DNA of 64,000 nt from contig NC_058383.1 of assembly GCF_018350175.1 (NCBI RefSeq), forward strand, positions 248,001-312,000. Direction: 5' to 3'. The notes beneath the pieces were generated by a model. It searched no databases. It was not told the DNA's origin and saw nothing but the letters and a program-made list of their open reading frames with translations. How positions within the stretch are numbered: position 1 is the stretch's first letter; each line of letters opens with the position of its first letter. Below, one piece after another: positions 9,067 to 22,583 of the stretch. The stretch is from Felis catus. Its lineage: Eukaryota. Position numbers and translations under genes: made by a program.

Positions 9067-12000
9067 CTGGGAAACTTTAAATAATCCCAGCCCTTGGAAT
9101 GACACCATTTCTGTTAAGTAACCCTTAGCAGTGCTCTTTGGCTGGCTGGATCGTAATACATTCCATAGTCATCTGAAGTCTGACACTATCGTTCCTGCTT
9201 AGCCAGCGAGTAAACCAAGTCACAAGCTTCTCCCACCTCCCAGAAAATGCTAAGATCAAGTCCCGTGGCAGGGTCCAAGGGGTCCTAGTCTTGTTGGGTG
9301 ATCAAGCAGCCAAGACGGAGAGAAATGAAGGATGAAAGGGAGATAGCAGAGGGCAGAGACAGACCAGGGTGGCCTCCTTGGGTCCAGACGCTGGTGGCCA
9401 GTTCCCTTTTCTGACCGTCAACGTCCCTCCTCTACTTCCCACTGGCCTCTCCGGGGTGGGTTTATCTGGGATCTGCCGATAAGCTCAGGGTCACCTAGGC
9501 CATGGCCACATTCACCACTGGAGTAAAAATCCTCAATTAGCTTTGGGACGACGCCCCATTCTGTGGGTTTCCAAGCCTCATGTGTGGCTTTCCTTCTCCC
9601 TGGGGTGGGAAGTCTCACCCCCATGGTTGGTGCCAACGTGCTTCCTTGGCCCTGCCTGGGGCAGGTGGAAGCCCTTCTCCTTGGCCGACCCCGGAACATG
9701 TCCACAGACAGTGCCTGCCCTCACCTGGGATCAGCCCCGTGCAGCCCCACTGCCCATCACACACTCCTCGGGGCATAGCAGGGGTGCTCTGCTGCCATTT
9801 CAGAACTTTGGGGAGCTCGTCTTTCTTCCAAGATCGCTGCTCTTGCAGGACGAGCTCCCATATACTTTTCTGCCACTTTTTGTAACCTTAATTATGGAAT
9901 GGGGCTTTTTAAATGAAAAAGGCTTGATGACGGGATGTAATTCTCACAGCGGTTTATGCATGAAGAGAGCCCGGCAATTAAAGGCTTTTCTGACTCAGAG
10001 GAATGCTGCCTCTGTGTCTCTTGTAAGTGGAGGGTCTGTGTCTCTTCTTGGTGATGGAAGGGGCATCTCCACAGATAGATGAGACCCCTTTGTACAAGGA
10101 TTGGCCCCATAGAGGCTGCAGGGCCCGGGTCTGGTCAGCCCCAGGTGATCCTACACAGAGGCACACAGGCTTTGTAGACCTTCGACCCCGGGGAGCAGAC
10201 TGGAGGGGTGCTGCAGCCAAGACCAATGGACCTAAAATCCCCACCCAGGATTCTCACTGTGGTCCCTGCAATAGGGCTCTGCTTACACAGGCCCAGGACC
10301 AGACCCACCCCCGACGCCACCCCTCCTGGAGCACAGCCTGGAGCCTGGGGGCCCCAGAATGCCCTCTCCCTGAGCCCTCTGTCCTCCGGTTTGAACTCCA
10401 TCTCACTGAGTTCCAGCTCCTGGACATTCCTCTCCGGACCCCCTCTGAGCTCCCACTTCTTTGAGGAAAGGGTGGAGGGACTCTTCCCCTGTCTCCAGGT
10501 CTACCTCCCACTGAGCCTTGGAGGGTGTCTCTGGAGGGGCTTGTGAGTAGAATGGAACCCCAGGCCTCCTACCAGCAGGTGCATGCACCTTCCTCCCCTG
10601 CAGGCCAGGTGTTCTCTGAAGGCAGGGACCCTCCCAGCTCCTCCCTGGGTCCCAGGGCTCCGGGCAGATAGATGCTCTTCAAAGGAACAAATAAAGAGGT
10701 GATGCTGCTGCAAAACCCACACCGGACAGGATGCCACCCTTGTTACATAGAACACTCATCACCCAACAGGGCTAATATCGTGCCTCCGGGGCCACTTGAG
10801 GGCGGGGGTGGGGGAAAGTCAGAATGATGGATTTAGGGACACCCTGCTGTCTCAGATGTGCATTAGCGAAGAAAGGACTTCAGAACATTCTCGTCCTAGA
10901 TACATGGAACACAGCAAGTTGGAGCTGCCAGGCCATGCCCACCCGCAGTCAGTCGGGGAAAAGAGAAGGGCCCGTCCTTGACAATGACAGTGATGTATGT
11001 GCACTAGCTATTTCTGGAAGGTCAGCAAAAACAATTCCATTCTTTATGTAATGGAGAGGACTCTGCTGCTTTGCACAAAGCAACAATAGGTGTTCTGAGG
11101 CCAGGACACCAGGAGGTAGTCTCCAGGCTAAGACAGAGGCCAAGCTGACCATGAGGGTGAGCGTCTGATGTTCCTTGAAGAAAACTGTGTCTGGTCCAAG
11201 GGCAAAAAGCCCCCCAACGGGAGGGGAACCCCTACATGTACAGTGACCGTGTGGCCTAGATCAGGACCCTGAGGGAGCCCGTGTGTATGTTCTCTGCAAA
11301 CTCTTGGTGGCGCTGGTGACCTCACGCCCTCTCTGCTTCCTGCTCTGGAAACAATTTCTACCACTGGGTCAAGCATTCACCAAAGAGACGCAGGTACCCT
11401 GAAACATAGGGTAGGCCTCTAAGAAGGGGTTGGTAGATGGTTAAGTGCTAACCCAACGGGCAGTGGCTTCCTGGAACCCACTGTGCCTCGTGACCCCCTC
11501 CCTGCCACATCCCACTGGCTGGGTCCAGCTGTGCCCATCAGAGCCTCTGGGCCACAATTCTCACCTGGAGGTGGAGCAGAATGTCGGTCACACCTTTGGC
11601 AGGACCTGTCCCAGGCACTCTCTGGGCCCTGGAGAAGCATCCATGCCCACATGTACATAGAGGCAGGTCAGATGATGCAGACCCTGGGGCTGGGGTGGGT
11701 CCTCAGAGAAGACGTCCAAGCTGAGCTGGGCAGCCCAGGGTCAGCTACACAGGCACCCCTCATTCTTCTCATTTCCTAGACCACTTTTTGGTGGACGTGG
11801 GGGGCTGGGGTGGGGTATGAGGGTGCTCTCCTGTTCCCTTGCTGACGCGCATACAGACATCCACACATACGTGATCCATACACCCCGGCATCCTTGTTCT
11901 TGGCGTGGCCAAAATGGCAGATGAGAGCCAAGGGTGCTGGGAAGCCAGATGTGGAGAAGGGCAACATCGGAGGGCATCCCAGACTCTGCCCATCCGTCCA

Positions 12001-13508
12001 GGCTCCGGTCCCCCATGGCTCGAAACATCCCTCATCTGACCAGTGTGTTTGTCCATGCTCTCAGACATTATAATCTTGGCAGTTCTCTGCCCCCGAGAAC
12101 CATCTTGAGACAAAGCTAAGGGGAAGGCAGAGAAAGGACAGTCTGCAGACGCCTCACCCAGCTGCTTCTCCCAGAGCACCTGCAGAGCCGCGGACCAGCC
12201 AACCCCAACACTTCAAGCCAACCAATCGGATTTGAATGGGACTTCTAGGCAAGAGGGGCTTTGTAGACATCTTCCTTTTTAAATCCTGCCCCTCCCCCCT
12301 TCCCTGGAGGGCAGCTGAAGGGCTGGGGTGGGGTTTTCTCTCTTTCTTCAAAGCTGCTGGAGAGAGCTTCTTATGAGTTTCTGTCGAAGAAGCAACAGAC
12401 TTGCTGGCAATAACTTGTTTTTGTCAGAGCCTCCAGAAAGGTACCTGTCCCGTTCAAAGTGACCACAGCAGTTTTCGGGATCCAGCCCAAATACATAAAC
12501 CAGCAACTGTCCACTAGAGGGCACAGTTACTTTTCCTTTACCTCCGGGAGGCAGGAAGCATCTGGCTGGTTAGTTCTATCAGATACAGCAAGGGGCTGTG
12601 AAGGGGCAGGCAGGTCCCGGGATCCTGATGAGGACTGGAGGAGAAAGGACTTGTGTATTGGCACGTGACACAGCCAGAGAGAAGAGAAGCCCCTGTCTTT
12701 CTTACCCCTCTCTTTCCCCATCCAACCCGTACCCTCGTGCCCGAGGCCTGGTTGGATCCTCTCTCCAGGGGCAGTGAGTGGTGGGCAGGGAGGCCAGTGC
12801 AGGTTATCACCTGAAACATGCAAATGCCCGGATTCCAGTAATAAGGTTCCTGACCAGCAGGGCTAAGGGGCCTTGAGTTTAGACCCCTGACATTGAAAAG
12901 AAGGTATGTGAGTCAGTGCGTGTAGGTGTGCCCCACGCATTTATGTGAGTGCCCAGCCGGCCAGCCCCCAGCTTCCAGTCCTTCCTACAAGTAGCCTTCT
13001 GGAAATGAAAGCTGAGGTCTCTAGACGGGCAGGTCTGGGGCCGCAGGGCCCCCTAGGGCTCTGAACCAGGCAGACGGGTGCTAACACCCCTCAGAGGGAA
13101 GTGGCTCACGGGGGCCATCTGTTCCCAGGTTTCTTTGGGAAAAGGAACAGTGAGAAAATAAGGGGCCTGTCACTCCATGTTCCCCTTCTCCCCAGGTGTC
13201 TGCTCTCCTGACCCACGAAACGGGGCTCTGGCTGCTGAAAAGCCTCTCAGTTGGTGTCCCACCCTCGAGGGGTTCAGGTAATCTCACCCCTGCTCAGTGA
13301 AGCCATCCACTGGCACCTCTAAGCCTGACTTCCAGATGCCTGCGTACTTTTCCTTCTCAAGCATCTTCTTCCACAAAAAAACGTTAGAAATTTAATATTT
13401 TCATCCCGAAAGATGGTGGGCCTTAGGCGCTGGACCCGCTGCCCAACGCAGAGGCAGCCCTGCTCTGAGTGCATCGTGGAGGCCTGTCTCCGCATTACTG
13501 TACCTGTT

Positions 13509-13855
13509 TGTACAGGCTTCCTATCATTAGCATCACAAATTGCAGCACACTCAGTGGCTCACAGAGTTAATTATCTTACACTTGTGGACAGCAGGAAGCC
13601 ACCAAGTGTCCACCGGTCTGAAATTAAGGCGTTGGGCAGGCCTGCATTCCCTCTGGAGGCTCTACGAGACACTCCACTGTCCTGCCTTTTCCAACCCGGA
13701 ATGCCCAGGATATTACCCCTAGTTCAAGGTCAGCTAATTAACAGGCTTAACTCCACCTGCCACCTTAACTCCCCTTTGCCATGTAAGATAACACACCCAC
13801 TGGCTTTGAGGATTGGGACACGGACATCTCAAGGGGCATCATTCTTCCTACCTGA
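13509..13855 (-). mobile_element. MaLR LTR (MLT1-type)
   Basis: CACAAATTGCAGCACACTCAGTGGCT...CTGGAGGCTCTA...CTTAACTCCCCTTTGCCATGTAAGATAACA...GGATTGGGACACGGACATCT is typical of reverse-oriented MLT1. Confidence 0.7.
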
Positions 13856-14740
13856 CTGGTCAAAGCTCAACAAGGTCTGTTACACACACATAGGCTGAGT
13901 TCCCATTATGTGTCAGATGCTTTGTCTCTGGGAACACATCAGGGAGCTAAGCCAGGCACACCCTTACTCTCAGGAATGTGTTTTGGGATGATCCCCAAGT
14001 AAAGGTACAGTGACATCTGGGGGAAGGGAGAAGAGCCAAGGGTCAAGACTCCTGCGGGAGTCAGGCGGGGTCTGGGCTGTGGGGCAGTGGCTCCCTGGAG
14101 ACGTGACATTCAAGCCACCCTCTGGAGGAGCCTGAGGTGGGTAGCAGGGCTCAAGGACAGGCCCAGGAAACAGCCATGCTGAGTCCTGTCTCTGCTAGAC
14201 CTCCAGCCCCAGCACCTGCCCCAGCACCTTCACTCGAGGCTTTCTGTTCTGTTCTGTGCCCTGTCTGACTCTGTCCCACGTCTGCTGACACGAAACTGGC
14301 ATTCTGTGTCCACCCCTCCACCTTCCCCACCGTGAGGGCACCCCAAGTTCTCCATGAGCCGCGGCTGAAGCACTGTGGCCACTGCCTCTGTCCTCCCTGC
14401 CTGCCTGATTTCCTCTGGGCTGGCTCACTCCAGCTCGGCCTGGTCTAGGCCACAGCCAGCCCACTGCTGCACTGTGCGCCTGTCCCAGCTCTGGTCTTGA
14501 CAGGCACTTCTCCTGGTTCTTGAGTTGAATTTTCATGGACTCTGCATTTACTTTCATGTCTGCCAATGAATCATTTTGAGAACTATATTAATTTCTGAGT
14601 ACAGTTTTGTGCAAAGCCATTGCAAACCTCAAAATCTGGTTTCTAATTTTCATTTTAAAATACTCTGTCACTGGAGAATGGTCTCTTCCTCTCTGAGTCA
14701 ATCATCACTTAGGGCATTCAATTAAATTTCTTGTGACCAA

Positions 14741-14950
14741 GGGGCACCCGGGTGGCTCAGTTGGTTAAGCGGCTGAATTCAGCTCAGGTCACGATCTCGC
14801 GGTTCGTGGGTTTGAGCCCCACGTCGGGCTCTGTGCCGACACCTCAGGGCCTGGAGCCTGCTTCGGATGCCGTGTCTCCTTCTCTCTCCCTCCCCCACTA
14901 GTGCTCTGCCTCTCTTTTCAAAAATAAATGAACATTAAAAAAATTTTTTT
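14741..14950 (+). mobile_element. CanSINE
   Basis: GGGGCACCCGGGTGGCTCAGTTGGTTAAGC head, CT tract and A-rich tail. Confidence 0.92.
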
Positions 14951-16499
14951 TAAACATTTACTGGTCACCAAGATGTATTTGGTTTTACTTTGGTTGAACA
15001 GATACTGGACTCTCTCTTTATTGCTGTTTGGCTTCAGAGTGTTATCCATGTGACCTCTGTTTTGGAACTTCTTCAGAGTGCGGGGGTGGGAGTGGCACAA
15101 GGGCCACTCCCCCACGTATCCTACTGAAGCTGCACTCAGCCGGAAGGTGAACCGTCCACGCCGCACAGAGGATCCTTTTGTCCCCACCCTGAGAGGAGCT
15201 CCCTGGGCAGCCACTCCAGGCTGGGATGTCATTTGAGGGCAGCGGAGGTGGGAGCGTGGAGGTCGCCTCCACGGGGCCCCCTCAGGGAGAAGAATGGCAG
15301 CCACTCCAGGCTGGTGCCCGTTGATGCCACAGGAAGTCCCTGGCAGGAAGAGGGTGCTCCCTGGGAGCCGGCAGCAGAGGGTCTGCTCTGCAGGAAGAGG
15401 CTGCACTGGGGCAGTGGCAGGAGCAGAATGCCTGGGTGACCTCAGAGGACCTGTGCTGAGCACCTTACCCCTTTCAGGCAGACCCGATGCACCCCCGACC
15501 TGCTCGTGGTTTTACTGCCATCGACGTCACACCAGCTGACTTGTCATCATGTGGTTATACATTATCAGCTCTCAAATGGACAGCTAACGTCACTTTTAAG
15601 CTACTGTAAACTAATTATTGAGGTAATGAGCTGTTTGCACTTTTTTCTACATTCTTCAGTCTTACCATTGACTAGAAATTCTTCCTGAATGAACTGTTCT
15701 GTTGACTCAGAATAACAACTTTTGATTATCAATAGAAAACATGGCACCACGGCCCCATCACTCCCCTGGCACTTATCCTGATATACTTACGGCACCATTT
15801 CTGAATAAATCGTTATTTATTATTCACATGGCTATGACTGTGCAAATATCATTGCACCTGGATATCCTCTAATTATATTCTTTTTTAAATAGATATTTTG
15901 TTTTTCCACCTTTAATAACTACTTTGCTTTCCTCTGGCTTAAATCTCTCACTAACTCACCTCAGATCTCTTCAGTAGACCAGCACTGCCCCTCCCTGCAA
16001 GCACAGATCACTCTCCTTTCCTGCCCCGGAGCCACCCTCCTGGAATTATAATAGTCCCCCTCTAGGCTGCAATCCGGGTGTATCAGCCTAGCAGTGTTCT
16101 TTGGGCTTAGCTGCACTAAATCTGGGTCTCGTTTCTTCCTATTTTTCCCTATTTCTTCTTCTTCTGTTTCGTGGACGACACTCTCAAATAGTTTCTGGCA
16201 AAAGGGTTCAATTGTGGACACTCAGCCTGCAACGGCTCAGCCGCCCCCTCTGCATCCGCTGTACAGGCTGACACAGACAATACAGGGGGCAAGTATGCTA
16301 CCTCTCCATCTCCAAGGGTAAATCCATGTGGCATTTCACAAAAATGAATAATGGGAGGAGGGAACTGGCCAGAAAAAAAGAACATGGAGCAAAGAAAGGA
16401 AATGCAGCAGTGCAGAAAGAAAGTTCAGGTGGAGTGGAAAGGGGTCACGGAGCAAAGCTGGCCGTGGGGCTGTGGGTGTTTTCCTGCCGGAAGGACTAG

Positions 16500-17503
16500 C
16501 ACCCAAAGGATCTGGGTAAAGGCAACTCACCCGTGTAAATGACAAAAGTGGTTTGGGCACAACGATGCCAACGTTGCAGGGGATGTGATGCCAGCAATAG
16601 CCTTCACTTGAGAGGAAGTGTCAGAGGAAAAGGTTCAGTGACACCTGTCAGAGATGGCAAGGGAGGCCCTATTCAGGGCCACTGATGGACTTAGCGGGAC
16701 CACTGCAGTGGCAGTTTATAGGGGGAGAGATGGGGCTCCGCTCCAGATACATCCAGGGAGCAGGCAGGGCCAGTGGGTGGAGAGTTACCAGTAGGAAACA
16801 GCAGCTGGGGGTGGTTCTGACTAAATGGACCAAGCAGGATTCTTGCTGAGGACAGGACAAGGTGCTTAGACATCGCCTGGGTAGGGGGCTGAATGAGGAG
16901 GGTGACCGGATATCCAAGGTGACCACATATCAAGGATGAGAGGTTCTGGTTAAACTAACTTTAGCAGAGTTCTTGCTAAAACTGCACTTTACAAGGAAAG
17001 GCACTGATGGACCCAGAAGATTCAGGAGCCTAACTAAAGAGTCTAGTCAAGCAAAGAGTCTTTGTCAGGACTCTTAGAGATATTTCACAACATTGAAAGC
17101 AAAGGATAAAATGTTGGAAGTGGATACAAACTTTGAAAAGAATATGACAGTCCTCCAAGGTGTAGAAAAGATGCCTACCGCATATATTAAATTCCATGAG
17201 AAGCCAAGCACTGTTCCCACTACTAACTAAGCTTTGAAAAATGAAATAAAATAATGTAACGCTCAATGTTTCTAATTTAAAACTACAATATGCTCAATAA
17301 ATATTACCTTTACTATTCTTTCCATTTTTAATACATTTATAACTGAGAGTAAGAGTTCTTAATGTTTTGACAAAAAAATGTTTAATGGCCACAAACAATC
17401 GTAATTTCTCCCAGTGATTATCAAGGTCGCTTTGCTGGCCTCAGGTTGCACAGTCATCTTTTTCATACCCCACACTACAGCAGAAAGGTAAGACAACTCT
17501 GTG
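16500..17503 (+). mobile_element. Tigger (Tigger6-like) DNA transposon relic interrupted by an LTR
   Basis: CTTCACTTGAGAGGAA | CTCTTAGAGATATTTCACAACATTGAAAGCAAAGGATAAAATGTTGGAAG reads as continuous Tigger-type sequence across the LTR. Confidence 0.55.
16619..17067 (-). mobile_element. ERV1 solo LTR (MER39/MER4-group-like)
   Basis: Minus strand begins TGACAAAGACTCTTTGCTTGACTAGACTCTTTAGTTAGGCTCCTG and ends ...CTCTGACA; TG...CA termini. Confidence 0.65.
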
Positions 17504-17729
17504 TGTGTATTTAAAAGATAACAATTTTGAGGAAAGGGCCATATCGTGATACTCACACAGACACACAAAAAAAGGAGCATGCAATAAAGATTTCATGCTT
17601 ATGATCCATGAAGGGGACAAGCGGACTGCAATTGCTTCAAATCAACATGGTGGAATTAAGAGTTTTCTACCATCTCCCCCCAAAGAACATCAACTTAGAG
17701 AATCACCCTGGGACAAATGAGCCTTATGG

Positions 17730-18420
17730 AAGTCCAGGCTTCCCGTGGAGAAGTTCCGGACACTATCGGAGCAAAACTATTAAAAAATAGCTATAGCTAC
17801 AATAACTCATTAACGTATACACTCTGTTGCAAGAGGTAAAGTATGACATCAGAAGCATGAAGTCTGTGTGGAGGGGACTGAAAGGACAGAGCTTTTTTTA
17901 AATAAAATCAAAGCTATCACTATAAAACAGACGACTACATCTATAAGATGTTTTACATAAGTTCCATGGTAGCCGCAAAGCAAACAGCTACAGAACACGC
18001 GTAAGTGATAAAGAGAAGGAAGTCAAAGCCACCCACTATGGGGAAATCATCCACTGACAAAAGAATACAGCAGCAGAAGAACAAAGGAACAAGGACAGTA
18101 CAAAACAACCACAAAAAAAATTTAATAAGATGGTATTAATAAGTCCTTGCCTATAAATGATTACTGTAAAAAAATTTTTTTGTTTACCTATCCTGAGAGA
18201 AGGATAGCATGAGTGGGGGAAGGGCAGAGGGAGAGGGAGACAGAGAATCCCAAGCAGACTCACTGCCAGCACAGAGCCCGACGCGGGGCTTGAACTCACA
18301 AAACCAAATTAGACTTTAGGTCAAAAGCCTTAACGAGAAGCAAAGAAGTTTATGGTATAATGATAAAAAGGTCAATTCTTTAAAAGGATAAAATAATTTA
18401 AGTATGTATGCACTCAACAT
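17730..18420 (+). mobile_element. L1 relic (inter-ORF region and start of ORF2 endonuclease) with a partial minus-strand CanSINE at ~18175-18300
   Basis: TATAAGATGTTTTA...ATGG...AATAAGTCCTTGCCTATAAATGATTACTGTAAA...TAGACTTTA...ATAATGATAAAAAGGTCAATTC L1 motifs; SINE piece CAGAGAATCCCAAGCAG...GCACAGAGCCCGACGCGGGGCTTGAACTCAC. Confidence 0.7.
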
Positions 18421-18559
18421 AATTCATATACCAAAATGGCATATTTTGGGGTGGTGTGTTCTGCCCCCCTTCAAGTGAGCAACATAAAGGTAACTCATCA
18501 CGAACAAATGCATCACATCACAAAGTATTTGATATTTTATTCTGTCATGACAATAGAAG

Positions 18560-18798
18560 AGCAGAACATCCCAGCTAAGCAGAAGGAGTGAATTTGCCCT
18601 CTTTCCACCTTTTTGTTCTATTCACACCATCAGTGGCTTCCATGAGGCCAATCCACACCGGGGAGGATGATCTTCTTCCCCCAATCTAATGCTTCAAATG
18701 CTAATCACTTCCAGAAACACCCCCCCCCTGACACACCAAGAGATAATTTTTTGCCAGCAATCTGGGCATCCTTGGCCCACATAAAATTATCCATTACA
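18560..18798 (-). mobile_element. MLT2-type ERVL LTR fragment
   Basis: TCAAATGCTAATCACTTCCAGAAACACCC...GACACACC...ATCTGGGCA...CACATAAAATTATCCATTACA. Confidence 0.65.
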
Positions 18799-21700
18799 CT
18801 CTCCCTGGCTCTGCACCCCCAGAACCTAACACACTGCCTGGCCATATGAGATGCTCAGCAAGTATTTCCGAATGATTTCTGAATGGCTGACATGTGTGAG
18901 CCGCTTCCGAGGCTTACGCCACAATGCCTTCTGCTGTGCTCCCATTAGAGCCACCATTTGGAAGGCAGGTGGCAATAAACGTTTTGACTTGACCACCAGA
19001 TGGGTCACATGCCCACAATAAAATATCCTGTCAGAAGAGACTTCTGGCCCATCCTTATCAGGAGCGGGTGGGACCTGTGCCTCATTTCCAGGTAGACTCA
19101 TCTCCCCACACAAGGACATGCTCCTGCCTCTCTAGAGCCACAGACCTGGTTGCATCCTGTGCCCTGAGAGGACCTGTGCACTCACTCCCAGAAGGACACC
19201 TGGCAGATGGGATGCCCCCAGACTTACAATTGTCTGTTGACATTTCTATCACTGGGAAGTTTCTCAGGGCAGCTCCTAGCCAGGGCTCCAAGCAGGTTCA
19301 GAAACTTAGCATAGATAAGATTTCCCTGGGAGATTATCTTGCACGTGTCAGCAGCCACTGGCCACACCACCACCAGCCAACAACCTTTCTATCACCTTAT
19401 AATCCACCAGTTTGGAAAAGCCCAGTGTCCAGAACCCATGAAATCCAGCAGAACTGGCACACAGTGGTGACTCCATCGAGAGCCGGTGGCTTCTCACATG
19501 CAAAGATGCTCAGGCTACAGTCAGTGGACAACAGGAGAGACCTCACTCCCACTAACCCTTCACCGCAGCCCTGCAAGGGACCCACTCCCACTGACCCTGC
19601 ACCGCAGCTCTGCAAAGAACACAGCACACGTCAAGTAATTCCACCTAAAAGCCATCCCACGAGGAGGCATTCTTCTGCCTTTGTGTGGATGAGAAGAGCC
19701 AGGTTCAGAGGAGGTGGCAAAATGCCCAGCCAGCTGTGCACGGCTGGGACCTAGAGTTCTGCCCACGCTCTGCTGAAATGTGTCCTGTGTTTGCACCTGT
19801 TCCCCTCCTTGTGTTTGTTTCCTGGTCAGACTTGACCAGTCAGGAGGTCTATTAATCAGCATAGTTTTCATCATTCCTAACGTCAGCTCATGTCACTTGG
19901 CTAGCACAAGGGAGAGAAATGTGGGGTCTTTTATCCAGAAGAGCCCCACAGTTCTGAGGGTGAAAACAGCCGTGCTCGGCTGGTGTTTGCTGTGTACTTC
20001 GGCTCCCTGTTTACTTTCCTCAGCCTGTAACGTGCATATAATATTTGTACATTGTGTTCTTATGCATCTTATCACAGGGGAAACAGAGAGAAATTTAAAA
20101 CTTCCAAAATTCTTTCATTTTATGAGCATTTGCCTCCCAGTCTGGCAGAGAATGAACAAGAGGACCTTCACCTTGGCCTGAGATGAACTAGGTCTGAGGC
20201 TTCCCGACGTCCCCTATCGGGCCCCTGGAAGGCTGTGCCCCAGGCCATCTCTACATCAAAGCCTGATAGTCCTTGCCTATACTTCAGGCTTCCTCAAGCA
20301 GAGCTGTAAACTGGTTTACTCAATGGAATGGAATGGTTCTCTTGTGGGTCTCTCCCGTAGTTCAGCAGAACAACCACAAGGGCAGAGTCGAGAAGTGAGG
20401 GGGAGGCAGAGGAGGGGCATGTGAAATGCATTCAGAGGCACATCTTGCCTGGCCCAGCTGGGTCTCCCCTGTGCAGCTGTGTGTGTCTGCAAATGACGCA
20501 TGACCCTTTTCTGTCCACAGGACCAGCAGTTCTCTGCCCTTGTCAGTCCAGCCATCTGCTTTCTGGCCACAGGCAGCTTCAGGCCCACAGGGGATGGAGA
20601 GATGAGGCTGGGAGCTGAGATCAACACGTGTCTATTCAGTGCACACCCGCCAGCTCTCTGGTCCATCTTTGCCTCGGGGAAATGTTTCCTTGTTAGCTAG
20701 GACTAAGCTATGAAGCAGGAGACTGCCTGGACTTGGGGGAATCGGAGCAACATAGGGACCATTGCTGGATGCTCGTTGCACCCCTGCCCGGAGCTGAGAG
20801 AGTCTGGGACACTGGGCCCAAGGGTGCTGCTTCCTCCTCTCACTGCATGTGGCTCAAAAGAGACACCAGACAGAAGCTTGTGTGGCCCAGGAATGTCCCT
20901 GCCTCTACCATTTGTAGGCATCCATGAGGCAATCAACCTAGCCACCAGGAAGTCATTCAGAACTCACGGAGGCCTCTGGAAAGGTCCGCCGTCAGACAAG
21001 GGGAGCAATTTGCTCTCCCGAGCAGCTAGTACTGTTAAAACAGACTTTTCTTGTACAGCAAACATTATAACTGTTGGGGACAGCCTGCATAACTGCCCCC
21101 AAAATGGAGACAAAGGGAAGGATTTCTTTTTCTGCTTTTACCTCTTCTATTCTAGTGGACTGGGAGTTCTGGCCAGTGCAAAGAGACGCGGAAAAGAAAT
21201 AAAAGTATAAGGAAGGAAGTCCTGAAACTAGCCTTATTTGCAAGTGATGTGATTAACCAAAGACAAAACCCTAAGGAATATACCCGAAAAAAAAAAAAAA
21301 AAAAAACCTTGAATTTTGCAACATTACAGTATACCAAGCCAAAATATAAAAATCAATTGCATTTCTAGACACAAATGCCGAAGAGTTGAAAATAAAATGT
21401 AAAATGCCATTTACAGTAACGTCAAAAACATCAAATACTTACAGATACATTTAACAAAATCTGCGCAAAACCTCTACACTAAAAACTATAAAACATTCAC
21501 GAGAGAAATCAAAAGAGAGAAATATTTTATGGTTTTGATTAAAGGGTTTATGTTATTAGCATACCGCTTCTCCCAAATTGACTTATTTATTCCATAAAAT
21601 CCCAATAGAAAACTTTTTTTCCAAATTGGCAAGATAATTTTACAATTCATAAGGAAGGCAAAGGTATAGGAATCACCAAAGCAATCTTTTTTAAAATAAC

Positions 21701-22115
21701 AAAGTCAGGAGACTTACCAAGATTGACTGTAACTGCAGGATTTGTGACAGACCTGCATCAGCACAATAACAGATGACAGAGCAGTGCAGAGGACAGAAGT
21801 CGGCTGACAGATGCCACCAAATGATTCTTGACAAGGTAGCCCAGCCAATTCAGCAGGGAAAATGGTGCCGGGAAAACTGGACCCACACGAAAAGGTAATG
21901 AAGAGGGCCTTGACCCTCCTCCTTCTCCCCTCTTGTCAACTCAAGAGTGAGGCAAAGACTCCATAACGAAGACACAAAACGCGCAAAGCATAAAACAGAA
22001 GTTCGGTAAATTATAGTACAGCGCAGAAAAGGGTGAAAAGAGTGACTTTGCAGAGAAACCTGACGAACACTACCTCCACCCAGGTGATCAAGGTCACCAT
22101 TAAGAGTGATGAGCA

Positions 22116-22346
22116 GGGGCGCCTGGGTGGCACAGTCGGTTAAGCGTCCGACTTCAGCCAGGTCACGATCTCGCGGTCCGTGGGTTCGAGCCCCGCATCG
22201 GGCTCTGGGCTGATGGCTCAGAGCCTGGAGCCTGTTTCCGATTCTGTGTCTCCCTCTCTCTTTGCCCCTCCCCCGTTCATGCTCTGTCTCTCTCTGTCCC
22301 AAAAATAAATAAAAAAAGTTGAAAAAAAAATTAAAAAAAAAAAAAA
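22116..22346 (+). mobile_element. CanSINE (SINEC_Fc-type), young
   Basis: Full-length; perfect TSD AAGAGTGATGAGCA at 22102-22115 and 22347-22360. Confidence 0.95.
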
Positions 22347-22362
22347 AAGAGTGATGAGCATT

Positions 22363-22583
22363 GGGGCGCCTGGGTGGCTCAGTTGGTTAAGCGTCCGACT
22401 TCGGCTCAGGTCACGATCTCGTGGTCCGTGAGTTCGAGCCCCGTGTCGGGCTCTGGGCTGATGGCTCAGAGCCTGGAGCCTGCTTCCAGTTCTGTGTCTC
22501 CCTCTCTCTCTGCCCCTCCCCCATTCATGCTCTGTCTCTCTCTGTCTCAAAAATAAATAAAAAACGTTAAAAAAATTACAAAA
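22363..22583 (+). mobile_element. CanSINE
   Basis: Full-length; flanked by AAGAGTGATGAGCAT and AAGAGTGATGAGTAT. Confidence 0.95.

Noticed and set aside
15960..16267. Apparent minus-strand exon with a strong GAG-GTGAGT donor and protein-like ORFs
   Set aside because: Stops in all frames across the putative exon; the sequence resembles an ancient reverse L1ME/HAL1-type relic.
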